Made by a program: the position numbers and the translations under genes. A DNA stretch of 64,000 nt from positions 1,683,860 through 1,747,859 of the forward strand of contig KV454013.1 of assembly GCA_001661245.1 (NCBI GenBank). The letters are read 5' to 3'. This document shows, piece by piece, positions 11,558 through 25,044 of the stretch (position 1 is its first letter; every line of letters begins with the position of its first letter). The stretch comes from Pachysolen tannophilus NRRL Y-2460. Its lineage: Eukaryota. The notes beneath the pieces are model-generated. The model was not told the DNA's origin. It searched no databases and worked only from the letters and a program-made list of their open reading frames with translations.

Positions 11558-11999
11558 TTAGTTTTTTTTTTCTGTTCTTTATATTTAATTCAATGGCAGG
11601 GTTATTCAATTAAAAAATAAAAATTTGAAGAAAAAGAATGAAATAAAACTATTATCTATTTATTGTATTCATTATAGAGAGATTATGAAAATGAATAATA
11701 CCAAGATCAAAATGTAAACAAAAAAAAAAACCAGAAAAATCGTGTCTGAAATATCAAAAACTGTTTTGGGAGTTTCTTCCACGTAAAGTGTTTACTTCGC
11801 GGTTATTTCAATAATATATATAATATAATATAATATAATATAATATATATTTAAATAACTTAATGGCCTTTTTATTGAATATTTGAGTTATTGGTTATCT
11901 TGCCAAGGAATTTTCACTTATTTTCACTTGTTTTCTGATTGACTGGATCTGTGTTGATTGGTTAAAAATTTTTTTAAGTTCAAAAGGCGATTATTAGCA

Positions 12000-14477
12000 A
12001 TGCCGCCTAAGACAGCAAAAATTTCCAAAAATCTGCTGCTGCGGAAACATTTTTTAAATGATGATGGGAAAGATGAGTTGAAGACTTCTGAGTTGGTTTT
12101 CGGTAAGGGAAAATTTAGAGAGTACTTGGTGACGAGTCCATCGGCTGATATCAAGGTTTCGAGGTCAATTGCTACGGTTAATGAAAGAATTTGTTTATTG
12201 GTATTGGCTTTAATCTCACTTGTTGTTCGTTTAAATAAACTTTCACAACCGGATTCGGTAGTTTTCGATGAAGTTCATTTTGGTGGATTTTCCAAAAAAT
12301 ATATTTTGGGTTCATTTTTCATGGATGTTCATCCTCCATTGGCAAAGATGCTTTTCGCAGGGGTTGGTGTATTTGGTGGATTTAAAGGTGATTTTGATTT
12401 CGCCAAGATTGGGGATGTATACCCGGAAACCGTTCCTTATGTGTTGATGCGTACTTTACCTGCCTTGTTGGGTGTTGGAACAATTATCTTACTTTATTTG
12501 ACATTGAGAGCTTCTGGTTGTAAACCTATTCCGTCACTGTTTACTAGTCTGTTGTTATTAATTGAAAATGCTAATTTCACCATATCAAGATATATCTTGT
12601 TGGATTCTCCATTATTATTTTTCATTGCTGCAGCAATTTATTCTCTGAAAAAACATGAAAATGAAATACCTTTTACCTGGGGTTGGTACAAGACTTTGAT
12701 TTCCACAGGTGTATCGCTTGGTCTTGCAGTTTCTTCTAAATGGGTTGGTTTATTCACTATTGCTTGGGTTGGTTTAATTACTGCTTTTAATCTTTGGTTT
12801 ACAATTGGTGATTTATCGGTTACCCCAAAAAAAATTATAGGACAAATTTTTTCCAAGCTAATTATCTTATTAGGACTTCCAATTATCTTGTATCTTTATT
12901 TTTTCAATTTACATTTCCAAATTTTAAATAAGGAAGGTGATGGTTCTGCATTCATGTCTTCTGCTTTTAGATCAACTTTGATTGGTAATAAGATTCCTAC
13001 TGATATTCAAGCAGATGTAGGAGTTGGGTCAAAAGTTACACTTCGTCATTTGAATACTGAAGGTGGATACCTTCATTCCCATAATCATTTATTTGAAACC
13101 GGTTCAAAACAACAACAAGTTACTTTATATCCACATTTGGATGAAAATAATATTTGGACAGTTGAATTATATAATGTTTCTGAACCTCCAACTAGTTTTG
13201 AACCTATTACCGATGGTACCAAGATCAGATTAAACCATATTTTAACTAAACGTAGATTACATTCTCATGATATTAGACCACCAGTTACTGAACATACCGA
13301 TTGGCAAAATGAAGTTTCTGCTTATGGGTTTGAAGGTTTTGAAGGTGATCCAAATGATGATTTTATTGTTGAAATTGTTAAAAAGAAATCTAAAAAAGGT
13401 GAAGCTCAAGAAAGAGTTAGAGCTTTAGAAACTATTTTCAGATTACGTCATGCAATGACTGGTTGCTACCTTTTTTCTCATGAAGTTAAATTACCTACAT
13501 GGGGGTTTGAGCAACAAGAAGTTACTTGTGCTTCTCAAGGGATTGTACCATTATCGTTATGGTATGTTGAAACAAATGAAAATGAATTTTTACCAGAAGA
13601 TGCTGAACGTATAAATTATGAAGCTCCAAGTTTCTTTCAAAAATTCTACGAACTTCATCAAAAGATGTGGAAAATTAATAGAGGTTTGACCGAATCACAT
13701 GCTTGGGAATCTTCTCCAGATTCATGGCCATTCTTATTACGTGGTATTAACTATTGGGGTAAAGACCATAAGCAAGTATACTTTATTGGTAATTTCATTA
13801 CTTGGTGGGCAAGTACTGCGGCGATTATTTTCTTTTTCGTTTATACTTTTGTTAATATCTTAAGATGGCAAAGAGGTTGTCAGGTAGGCTCATCACCTGA
13901 TGTTTTCAACTTCAATGTTCAAATGTTACATTTCATTTTAGGATGGGCTGTTCATTATGCTCCTTCATTTATGATGGAACGTCAATTATTCTTACATCAT
14001 TATCTTCCATCGTTTTATTTTGCGTTATTGGCATTGGGCCATGTCTTTGATATCATATATTCATTTGTATTAAAGAGCAAGAGATTAGTCTCCTATGCAA
14101 TCTTGGGAGGTGTGTTTTCTTCTGCCATAACTGTTTTCTTGAAATACTCGCCATTGATTAAAGGTGATCCTTGGACAAAACAACAATGCGAGAGTTCCAA
14201 ATTGATAAGTACATGGGATTTTGATTGTAATAATTTGCTTAACTCGTTAGAAGAGTACTCTGGTTTTACCTCGTCCTTGGCCCATTCATCCGAACCTACA
14301 ACTCTGACAAAAGTTAACTTCCAAAGCGCAGTTCCAGTTGAAAACTTTTATGACGATTATGAAGAAAATGAAAAGAAAAACGGAATTACAAGGAGCTCTG
14401 ACAATAATGAAGCATCTCCAACGGACGCTGAAGATACTGTAGGCGAACCAGAAGTTGAAAAAGTAGGAGAAACTTGA
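12000..14477 (+). CDS. PMT1: Dolichyl-phosphate-mannose:protein O-mannosyltransferase, PMT1 subfamily
   Basis: VVFDEVHFG, DVHPPLAK, SRYILLD, MIR domains (GGYLHSH, RRLHSH), RQLFLHHYLP. First ATG is at 12000. Confidence 0.93.
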   Translation: MPPKTAKISKNLLLRKHFLNDDGKDELKTSELVFGKGKFREYLVTSPSADIKVSRSIATVNERICLLVLALISLVVRLNKLSQPDSVVFDEVHFGGFSKKYILGSFFMDVHPPLAKMLFAGVGVFGGFKGDFDFAKIGDVYPETVPYVLMRTLPALLGVGTIILLYLTLRASGCKPIPSLFTSLLLLIENANFTISRYILLDSPLLFFIAAAIYSLKKHENEIPFTWGWYKTLISTGVSLGLAVSSKWVGLFTIAWVGLITAFNLWFTIGDLSVTPKKIIGQIFSKLIILLGLPIILYLYFFNLHFQILNKEGDGSAFMSSAFRSTLIGNKIPTDIQADVGVGSKVTLRHLNTEGGYLHSHNHLFETGSKQQQVTLYPHLDENNIWTVELYNVSEPPTSFEPITDGTKIRLNHILTKRRLHSHDIRPPVTEHTDWQNEVSAYGFEGFEGDPNDDFIVEIVKKKSKKGEAQERVRALETIFRLRHAMTGCYLFSHEVKLPTWGFEQQEVTCASQGIVPLSLWYVETNENEFLPEDAERINYEAPSFFQKFYELHQKMWKINRGLTESHAWESSPDSWPFLLRGINYWGKDHKQVYFIGNFITWWASTAAIIFFFVYTFVNILRWQRGCQVGSSPDVFNFNVQMLHFILGWAVHYAPSFMMERQLFLHHYLPSFYFALLALGHVFDIIYSFVLKSKRLVSYAILGGVFSSAITVFLKYSPLIKGDPWTKQQCESSKLISTWDFDCNNLLNSLEEYSGFTSSLAHSSEPTTLTKVNFQSAVPVENFYDDYEENEKKNGITRSSDNNEASPTDAEDTVGEPEVEKVGET

Positions 14478-14806
14478 ATTAAAAGAAGATAAATAGCTTT
14501 CCTAGATGTACATATATTTTTCTCATTGACTTTGGCTCTTATAGTCTTCTCTCTATATATATCTACACTTCAAAAATATGGATATCCTTTTCTACTCAAT
14601 TGTACTATTTAAATATCATTTTTTGATCAATTTGATAACGTCTTGTATGTATTTCCTAAAGAGGAAACTGTTTTTTCAAAATGTTGTAATTCAAATCTCT
14701 GTGCTGTAACTAGACTTCAACAACTATATATAGTTGGGATGAGAGCACAATTATATCCAAGAAATAAAATTTATTAAATTCTTGTTATTGTTTTTAGGAC
14801 TCTGAT

Positions 14807-15472
14807 ATGTCTACAAGCAATCCTGAGTTTGTTGTCGAGTTGGAAAGCATCACATCGTATTTTGATAAGATTCAGTTCAAATCAAAATATTTAAAACTAT
14901 ATGAAATCCCAGAGTTCTATCTGTGTAGTGAAGAGTTTACCGAGCAAATCAGCGAGGAGACTGTAGCAGATATTGAAGAAATGGCAAAATCCAAAAATAG
15001 TTGTTTTAAATTCATCAACATCAATGGAAAAGTTGATGGAGAATTGTATTTGGACAATTTTGAAGAAATAGATATCACTTCGAATGTCTCTCAACTCAAT
15101 TCCTCAATAGGTAACAATGATGAATTTACAATATTACATACAAGTGATATAGAGGATACGTTGCTTGCTACATGTAATAGGGACAAAAATCATAGTAGGC
15201 CAATGACGAACAACCATTGTATTAAATCTTTGGATGTTGCAATTAGTAGTGAATTTAGCGAGATTGAAGAAGAGAGTGATTTGAAATCGGTTAGCATATT
15301 CACAGATGATTTACATTCCACACGCGATAATTCTTTAGGAGGTCCAAATACAACAGTTGCCAGTTTCTCTGATCAAAATAAGTTGCCTAGTTTTCATGAT
15401 TCCTCCTGTAAACAATCATTGTATCATGTGGCATTTCAATCATCAGAAGGAATGTTTAGTGAAATTAATTAG
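14807..15472 (+). CDS. Hypothetical acidic protein (221 aa)
   Basis: A 666-nt ATG-initiated ORF in AT-rich DNA that overlaps no other gene; no recognisable motif. Confidence 0.55.
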   Translation: MSTSNPEFVVELESITSYFDKIQFKSKYLKLYEIPEFYLCSEEFTEQISEETVADIEEMAKSKNSCFKFININGKVDGELYLDNFEEIDITSNVSQLNSSIGNNDEFTILHTSDIEDTLLATCNRDKNHSRPMTNNHCIKSLDVAISSEFSEIEEESDLKSVSIFTDDLHSTRDNSLGGPNTTVASFSDQNKLPSFHDSSCKQSLYHVAFQSSEGMFSEIN

Positions 15473-15594
15473 AGATAGATAGATAGTTATATATTGATTC
15501 AATAGAAGCAAAATTTTAATTGAAAGAATATACAAAAAGGCCAAGAAAAAAAAAAGCAGTATCAATGGTAGACAAAAGATTTCGTTGGCATATT

Positions 15595-18234
15595 TCAAAG
15601 ATACTTGTTTCTGGCTAACCAATCTTTAACATCATCTGCGTCATTATTAACCCATTTAGCATTTGCCTTGATCGATTCTAACACCTGAGATAACGATCTT
15701 TCAAATCCAATGATATTTTTATCTGCAAAAAAATCTTTGATATCATCATACGCCTCATTACTTGCAAAATTTGTCAAAGAAAACTTTATGAATCTATCCA
15801 TAATGACCATATTAGCCGACAATTTCTTGTATAAGTCATCATAATTGGCCTTTATGAACTTCCACAATAGCCAACGTGTTTCGTTATTACGGGCCAAAGA
15901 ACTTGACAAGAAATGCACATCCATTTCAGGGACAAAAGGTTTCAATAATAGTTCAACAGCTTTTGGTAGTAAAGCCTGTTCATTCTTTGAAGTTAAATGA
16001 CCCATGGAGGTAAGTGCAATTTCTCTGGCATCAAGTGATGAAGGCTCTAAAACTTCTTTTAATACCACATTGAATTCATTACTGGAAGCATCTTCATGTA
16101 ATACAGTTGAAAGAACAAAACTTCTTGCAGATGGCCTGATCTCTTCTTTACCCTGTTCCCAGTTTTTGAAGATTCGTTTTGCTTCTTCTACAACCATATG
16201 AACAGACGTTAAACCAGCAGCTGACAATATTTCCATTCGTAAATTTTTTGTTAACAAGGAATCAGTTTCCTCGTCTTTAAATCCAATATTATTGAGTGCA
16301 TGAGAATAGATTTCTTGCTGAAATTTTTTCAAAGCAACTTGAACCTCTAATGGTTGTTCAAACCATGTCTGAGCTAGTTTAGATAATCTACAAATAATTG
16401 TAGTCCAAATATTAATGTCAGTTTCATCTTTAAAGCTCCAAATCAATTCCAATAAAGCTGAGGTTTTCCCCAATCCAGCAGATGCTATCGAAGCAGTATC
16501 TGCTAGTAACCCAATTTTATCCTTAACACTTAATTTGTCTATATTTTCTATGATAATTGACAAAATATCCGAATCATAAAAGACACGATAAACACCAACA
16601 GAGTCTTTGTTTAATTTGAAGAATTTGGTGGTATCTAAAGGTATTTCTATTGTTCTAGAAGAGAAAAATTTCCAAGAATCGGAATTGTTTTTCAAAACAT
16701 CTTCAGGATTAGGACCTGTCGAAATATTCAAAGGAACCCACCATAGTGTTTCGTTTTCTTCAGGTTTAACATCACCAGTTGATAAAAATCGATTCTGTTC
16801 GACTGAAATACCAGTATCAGTTTTTTTAACGATTAGATAAGGAAATCCAATTTTACTAATCCAGGAATCCATCAATTTGGTAACATCAACATTGGAGCTT
16901 TCGCTAATCCCTTTCCAAAGATCGTTAGTCTTGGCGTTACCATATTTGTGTTTTTTCAAATATAAAGATACACCTCTCAAAAAAACATCGACTCCCAAAG
17001 AAGAACTCAACATATTAATAGCAGAGGCCCCTTTTAAATAAGAGATATCATCAAAGACCTGGTCAATGTCCAAAGCAGAATAGACGGGGACTTCAATAGG
17101 ATGAGAACCTCTTAATGAATCTAAGGCAAGGGCACTTTGTAATGATGTAGATATAAAACTAGTGAAAAATTCCCATTCTGGATATAAGTACGAAACAGCT
17201 AAGGTGCCTACCCAAGTAGCGAATCCTTCGTTAAGCCACAATTCGTTCCACCAATCCATTGTGACAAGATCACCAAACCACTGATGAGCAACCTCATGAG
17301 CAACGACGTAGGCAATTTTTTGCTTATATTTAGTATCAGAGGTCTTCTCATCGAATAACAATGCAGTGGATCTAAAAGTTATCAACCCATAATTTTCCAT
17401 TCCATTATGGCTATAAGTGGGAACAGATATTAAATCCAATTTTGGTAAAGGATAATCTAAATCGAATATCTTGGAAAAATAGTCAAGGGATTTAGTGGCA
17501 ACATTCAAACCAAACTGACCTTGTTCTTTCAAACCTCTTGCAGTGTAAACTCTAACTGGAATAGGTTTGTTATTGTACAATCTTTCAGTGAAAGATTCAA
17601 TATATTCAAAATCACCACATGCCCAAGCAACCAAATAAGTACTCATGACTACAGTCTTGTTGAAAATATATTTGACTAAACCTTGATTTTCAATCACTTC
17701 TTTCTGATGAAGTTCCACATTTGATAAGGCAATCCAATCTTGCTTAACAATAACTTCTATAGAAAATGTTGCCTTGAAATTCGGCTCATCTAAACAGGGG
17801 AATCCTCTCCTTGCATCTGTAGCTTCGAATTGAGTACTTAAACAGCATTTTTCCTTACCTGTTATCTCATCTTTATAATCTGATCTATAAAAACCGGACA
17901 TATTGGTTTGAATAATCCCAGCATATTTAATTGATACATATATTTTAGAACCTTTGGCCAACTTATCTTCAAGATCAATCGAAAGCAATTCTGTTTTCAA
18001 ATCCAGATCAAATTTTTTAACATGAATTGGCTTTTTCTCCAGTGTATAGACTCCAATGGTCTTTATTGTTATATCTCTAATGTTCAACAAAATATTGTCT
18101 GTAGACTCTTCGACCGTCAAGTCAATTGAAACAAAACCATTAAAAATATTTGATTCGGTGTCAATTTCTGAAATTTTTATATCATAATGAGATGGAAGAA
18201 GACTCCGTGGCAAACCTTCGTGAGATAATGTCAT
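15595..18234 (-). CDS. M1-family zinc aminopeptidase (Ape2/Aap1-like)
   Basis: STQFEATDARRGFPC, NGMENYGL (GAMEN variant), HEVAHQWFG...WLNEGFA zinc motif, SYLKG. Confidence 0.93.
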   Translation of the reverse strand: MTLSHEGLPRSLLPSHYDIKISEIDTESNIFNGFVSIDLTVEESTDNILLNIRDITIKTIGVYTLEKKPIHVKKFDLDLKTELLSIDLEDKLAKGSKIYVSIKYAGIIQTNMSGFYRSDYKDEITGKEKCCLSTQFEATDARRGFPCLDEPNFKATFSIEVIVKQDWIALSNVELHQKEVIENQGLVKYIFNKTVVMSTYLVAWACGDFEYIESFTERLYNNKPIPVRVYTARGLKEQGQFGLNVATKSLDYFSKIFDLDYPLPKLDLISVPTYSHNGMENYGLITFRSTALLFDEKTSDTKYKQKIAYVVAHEVAHQWFGDLVTMDWWNELWLNEGFATWVGTLAVSYLYPEWEFFTSFISTSLQSALALDSLRGSHPIEVPVYSALDIDQVFDDISYLKGASAINMLSSSLGVDVFLRGVSLYLKKHKYGNAKTNDLWKGISESSNVDVTKLMDSWISKIGFPYLIVKKTDTGISVEQNRFLSTGDVKPEENETLWWVPLNISTGPNPEDVLKNNSDSWKFFSSRTIEIPLDTTKFFKLNKDSVGVYRVFYDSDILSIIIENIDKLSVKDKIGLLADTASIASAGLGKTSALLELIWSFKDETDINIWTTIICRLSKLAQTWFEQPLEVQVALKKFQQEIYSHALNNIGFKDEETDSLLTKNLRMEILSAAGLTSVHMVVEEAKRIFKNWEQGKEEIRPSARSFVLSTVLHEDASSNEFNVVLKEVLEPSSLDAREIALTSMGHLTSKNEQALLPKAVELLLKPFVPEMDVHFLSSSLARNNETRWLLWKFIKANYDDLYKKLSANMVIMDRFIKFSLTNFASNEAYDDIKDFFADKNIIGFERSLSQVLESIKANAKWVNNDADDVKDWLARNKYL

Positions 18235-18410
18235 TACAATTCCTATTGATTAATGTATTATAATTAGTTTCTTTCTCTCAAGCAAATTCCCAAAAAGTAT
18301 TAGAAAATTTTCTACTGCGTAAAGTTAGTTAACTTATACAAAAAAATGTGAAAAACTTTAAATTAAATGATCATTTCAACAATAATTACAATAATCATTT
18401 TACTTGAAGC

Positions 18411-18445
18411 AAAGGTCTAGGTAAAGATCTAGGTAAAGATCTAGG
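18411..18445. repeat. Three tandem copies of a 12-mer (AAAGATCTAGGT)
   Basis: aaaggtctaggt aaagatctaggt aaagatctagg. Confidence 0.8.
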
Positions 18446-18669
18446 CTCATTTAGACGATGAAATCTGGTGTATCTATATGAGAGGGAGAATAAATACTTC
18501 AGAAATATTGAAAAGAAAGAAACACATATATATATATGTATATACGTAGATATATATAAAGTCTAAGTAGAAAATCAAAAATTATATACTTTTTCTTTTC
18601 ATTTAAATTCTTATTTTTATTTATAGTTTTTTTTTGCTTTTTCTATTTTTTAGTTTTCGGTTTTGGACT

Positions 18670-20865
<2,196 letters not shown>

Positions 20866-21845
20866 GTCTCTTATATCTTATATATATATATATGTATATA
20901 TGTATATATATACATGCACTTGGGTATTATAAATAAATATATCTCCAAATGATCTTTTAATAAGAGAAATAAAAGCCCAACAACACCTATATATACATAT
21001 ACTGAAGATGTATAACCTGGTGTTTAATTATATATATATATATATATTTTAGCGCTGTTTAAATAAACAAGTAATTATTTATTTTGATTTCATTTTTGAG
21101 TGTTTACAAAAAACAAGAGCTTCGCGAAAAGGTCATCTCCGGAGCTAGAAATTGGAGGCAAAGAAATAAGTGCAAAAAATTGTACGGAGGTAAGTTTTTC
21201 GAGCACCTGTGGATCCGCGAATTTAAGGTTACATTTATCTAATTTTTTGACTAAGAAGGACATAAAGATTAAAACACGGTATTATTGAAGCTAAAAGATA
21301 AGACAATAAAGAAGAGATTGTTATTGTTAGTTCTTGTAGTTATTTTATCTTGTGTGAATTAGTTTTTTCTTTCCCGTTCTTTGTAGTAGTAGTAGTAGTA
21401 GTAATTACTAACGTCTTGTCAAAGTTATCAATTGACTTTGAAAAAAAGATTTAGAAAAATCACAAAGAGATAGGAGTTTATGTCGGTACTAAACAATTAA
21501 TAAATGAAAAGTTAGAGTAGACTAATAACATGGGGGTTTCCATATGTTAAAAATCTATAAGTTTTTACATGTACATTTATTTGAAACGAAAGAGACAAGA
21601 GAGACGAGGAAAAGAATGGCGAGCTTTCATGCGCTATCTTTAATTATCTATATTTCTTCCTAATTTGGAACTCTTGCTTTTCAGTTTGCGTAGCAAAAAT
21701 ACCGAATTTGGGTCAAGTAGAAGACGGCCAATGTTAAGTAGAACACATATAATCTCTAATTGAAAAAAAAAAAAAACTCAATTACACAATATTGAAGAAT
21801 AACTTGAGAATATATATATATATGAATTATTAATGAATTAATACG

Positions 21846-23441
21846 ATGCCTTCTAATTTTCAAAGTATAGAAGACCTTCAAAGACTTTTAGAATTGGTGA
21901 AACTCACCGGAGTCAACATAAATCAGTTGACTCAATTAGCTACTTCTGGGAATAGAGATTTGTTTGATCAAGAATCTTTTTCAGAAATCTCAACACCTGA
22001 TGTACAATCCATTGATAGAAGTTCAGATGATTATTTTTTAGATTATACAAATAAGTATATAGATTTCACCTATGAAAATCCAACCACTTTCCATGCTGTT
22101 GATGGTGTTGGTAAATTATTAGAAGAAAATGGATTTACCTACTTATCTGAAAAATCGGATTGGTCTGATTTAAAAGCAGGTTGTTATTATACAACCAGGT
22201 CAAGTAGTTCAGTGGCTGCTTTTGTAGTTGGATCAAAATGGACCCCATCAAAAGGTGTAGCTATGATTTGTGCTCATATCGATGCTTTAACAACCAAGTT
22301 GAAACCAAATTCTATAAAGGACAAAGTTGAAGGCTATGAGTTATTAGGTGTTGCACCTTATGCTGGTGCCTTGAGTGAAAGATGGTGGGATAGAGATTTA
22401 GCTATAGGTGGAAGAGTTTTAATTAAGAATAAAGATTCAGCTGAAAAATCTGGATTTAGAATTACTTCAAAATTGATTAACTCTGCCCCTCGTCCAATTG
22501 CTCATATTGCAAGCTTAGCTCCACATTTTGGAGCTCCAGCAGAAGGTCCTTTTAATAAAGAAACACAAATGGTTCCAATTATTGGATTTGATGGTAGCCC
22601 AGATCCTGAACCTACTGAAAGTGAGCGTAATTCTCCATTATATGGTAAGCATTCTTTGAAATTATTAAGGTTAGTTGCTGAATTAGCAGATGTTGAAGTT
22701 TCTGAATTGTATGAATTAGATTTGGATCTATATGACGTGCAAAAAGGTGTTATTGGTGGCTTATCAAGTGAATTTTTGTTTTCTCCAAGAATTGATGATA
22801 GGATTTGCTCATTTTCTGCTATTAGTTCTTTAATCGAATATGCAAATGGTATTGATCAAATTCCAGAAGAATCTTTTTCATTTGTTGCCTGTTACGATAA
22901 TGAGGAACTAGGTTCTTTAAGTAGACAAGGAGCACAAGGTGGCTTACTGGAATCTGTGGTTGATAGAGTGATAAACGCATATTTCCCAGATAAAGATACT
23001 TCTTCATTGGCTAGAGTAGCATACGCAAACTCAATCATTCTCTCTGCAGATGTTACTCATTTGTATAATCCAAATTTCCCTGGCCAATATTTGGAAAACC
23101 ACAAACCAGTTCCAAACATTGGTTTAGTAGTCTCATGTGACTCTAACGGTCATATGGCAACTGATGCTGTCGGCAAAGCTTTATTACAACAAATTGCAGA
23201 ATTGAATGACGATAAGTTGCAAGTTTTCCAAATAAGAAACGATTCAAGATCTGGAGGAACAATAGGTCCATATCTCTCTAGTAAGACAGGTGCTAGAACT
23301 GTTGAAATTGGAATTGGTCAGTTATCAATGCACAGTATTAGACTGATGACAGGCTCAAAAGATATTGGTTTAGCTGTCAAATATTTTGTTGGATTCTTTG
23401 ATAAGTGGAGAGAGGTTTATGACTCTTTTCAAGATTTATGA
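21846..23441 (+). CDS. APE1: Vacuolar aminopeptidase I (M18 family) with N-terminal propeptide
   Basis: ENPTTFHAV, WWDRDL, LAPHFG, PRIDDRICS, DNEELGS, RSGGTIGP, QLSMHSIR. Confidence 0.9.
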   Translation: MPSNFQSIEDLQRLLELVKLTGVNINQLTQLATSGNRDLFDQESFSEISTPDVQSIDRSSDDYFLDYTNKYIDFTYENPTTFHAVDGVGKLLEENGFTYLSEKSDWSDLKAGCYYTTRSSSSVAAFVVGSKWTPSKGVAMICAHIDALTTKLKPNSIKDKVEGYELLGVAPYAGALSERWWDRDLAIGGRVLIKNKDSAEKSGFRITSKLINSAPRPIAHIASLAPHFGAPAEGPFNKETQMVPIIGFDGSPDPEPTESERNSPLYGKHSLKLLRLVAELADVEVSELYELDLDLYDVQKGVIGGLSSEFLFSPRIDDRICSFSAISSLIEYANGIDQIPEESFSFVACYDNEELGSLSRQGAQGGLLESVVDRVINAYFPDKDTSSLARVAYANSIILSADVTHLYNPNFPGQYLENHKPVPNIGLVVSCDSNGHMATDAVGKALLQQIAELNDDKLQVFQIRNDSRSGGTIGPYLSSKTGARTVEIGIGQLSMHSIRLMTGSKDIGLAVKYFVGFFDKWREVYDSFQDL

Positions 23442-24182
23442 ATTTTCATCTTAATTTACAAATTTTTTTTTTTTTTTTTTTTTTTATTTTTCATTATTAT
23501 TATTTTTTATTTTTTATTTCTTGGTAGACAGTGAGGCACTGAAGGTGTTGTGGTATTATTTTATCCAAATGGATACTTCTTCTATTACTTCCAATGCATA
23601 ATTATGCATGTCTAAGTGCAAAATTCTCTTAGATGAAAAGTTCTTTACCAAAACGTTTTGCTTTTCTTTTTTTATAATAAACTTTTATCAAAAACTAGAA
23701 AGATGAAAGTAACAGATTCTTCAAATATCTCTGGATGAAATAAAGATTCATGTTTCCCAAAATCAAGAAGCTCTCTTTTTTAAACGTGAGAATGTATAAA
23801 CAAAGTTTAAAGAGAATTTTGTATTTATATTGTGTACTCAATACTCAAAAATTACATATTATTTATATAACAGTTAATTTTATTAAGATGACTCAGAAGC
23901 GGTCACCGGGTTCCACCTGCAGCTCTTCTTCTATTTCTAACATTTTCTTTTAAACTTAGACCCTGGAATAGAATTTATTTGTGATAACATGGTGAAATTT
24001 TATGACATGCTAACGAAGGTCTGTCAGATGACGCACCGCCGGTTCAATAATTACACACAAATAAATAGATAATACTTTATTTATATATAAAAGGAAACAC
24101 GGTGGAATGAGAGGGAGGGTTTTTTTTTTTTTTTAGTTTTTACTAAAAAAGCTATTCAAATTGTTTTTCTTCAATTGAAAAG

Positions 24183-24887
24183 ATGACAAAATCTGAGGTA
24201 GAAACTGAGATATGTTTATTTGATCTTGATGGTACTTTGGTACTTTCAACAGAAGCAGTGGAAAGAGCTTGGAGTGTTTTATTCAAGAAACATAATTTAC
24301 ATCCTGAAGATTTTTTCGAAGGTAATCATGGTGTTCGAACAACAGATACTTTTAAAAAGTATTTACCTGAAATTGACAATACAAACAATGCTGCTTCCGA
24401 TGAGTTTGAAGTTACCATTTCTAATGATTGGGGTCATTTGGCAATGCCTCTTAAGGGAGCTTCACAATTGATCAACAGTATTCCAGAAGACAGATGGTGC
24501 ATTGTCACATCAGGCACGACCAAAATGGCTCATGGTTGGTTTGAGAAAGTGTTAATAAATGATGGTATTTCTAAGCCAAAAGTTTTCATTACGGCTTCAG
24601 ATGTTAAGCAAGGAAAGCCGAATCCTGAAGGATACTTGAAAGGTGCAAAGTTATTGGAACTGAAGTTGTATCAGGGGAAAATTACTAAAAAAGTTGTCTT
24701 TGAAGATGCTCCTGCAGGTATTAAAGCAGGTCTTGCATCTGGTGCTATTGTTATTGGAATTACTTCAAGTTTTGATAGAGATGTTTTGATCGAAGCTGGA
24801 GCTAATTATGTTGTTAAAGACTTATCATCAGTGGTTGTTAAGAATATAAATGATACAAGCTTTACCTTGGAAATTGATCATTTATAA
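24183..24887 (+). CDS. HAD-superfamily sugar phosphatase (Dog1/Dog2/Gpp-like)
   Basis: CLFDLDGTL, IVTSG, GKPNPEGY, VFEDAPAGI. Confidence 0.9.
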   Translation: MTKSEVETEICLFDLDGTLVLSTEAVERAWSVLFKKHNLHPEDFFEGNHGVRTTDTFKKYLPEIDNTNNAASDEFEVTISNDWGHLAMPLKGASQLINSIPEDRWCIVTSGTTKMAHGWFEKVLINDGISKPKVFITASDVKQGKPNPEGYLKGAKLLELKLYQGKITKKVVFEDAPAGIKAGLASGAIVIGITSSFDRDVLIEAGANYVVKDLSSVVVKNINDTSFTLEIDHL

Positions 24888-25044
24888 ATTAATATATATG
24901 GCTTTTTTTAATAAATAATATATATATATATATATACATAGATAGACTGAATAGACCTAGAAGAAGATAAAGTCAATAAAGAAACAAAAGACTAATGTTA
25001 TTTAAGAAGTAAGTATTTTTTTTTTTTTTTTTTTGGGCCTCTTA

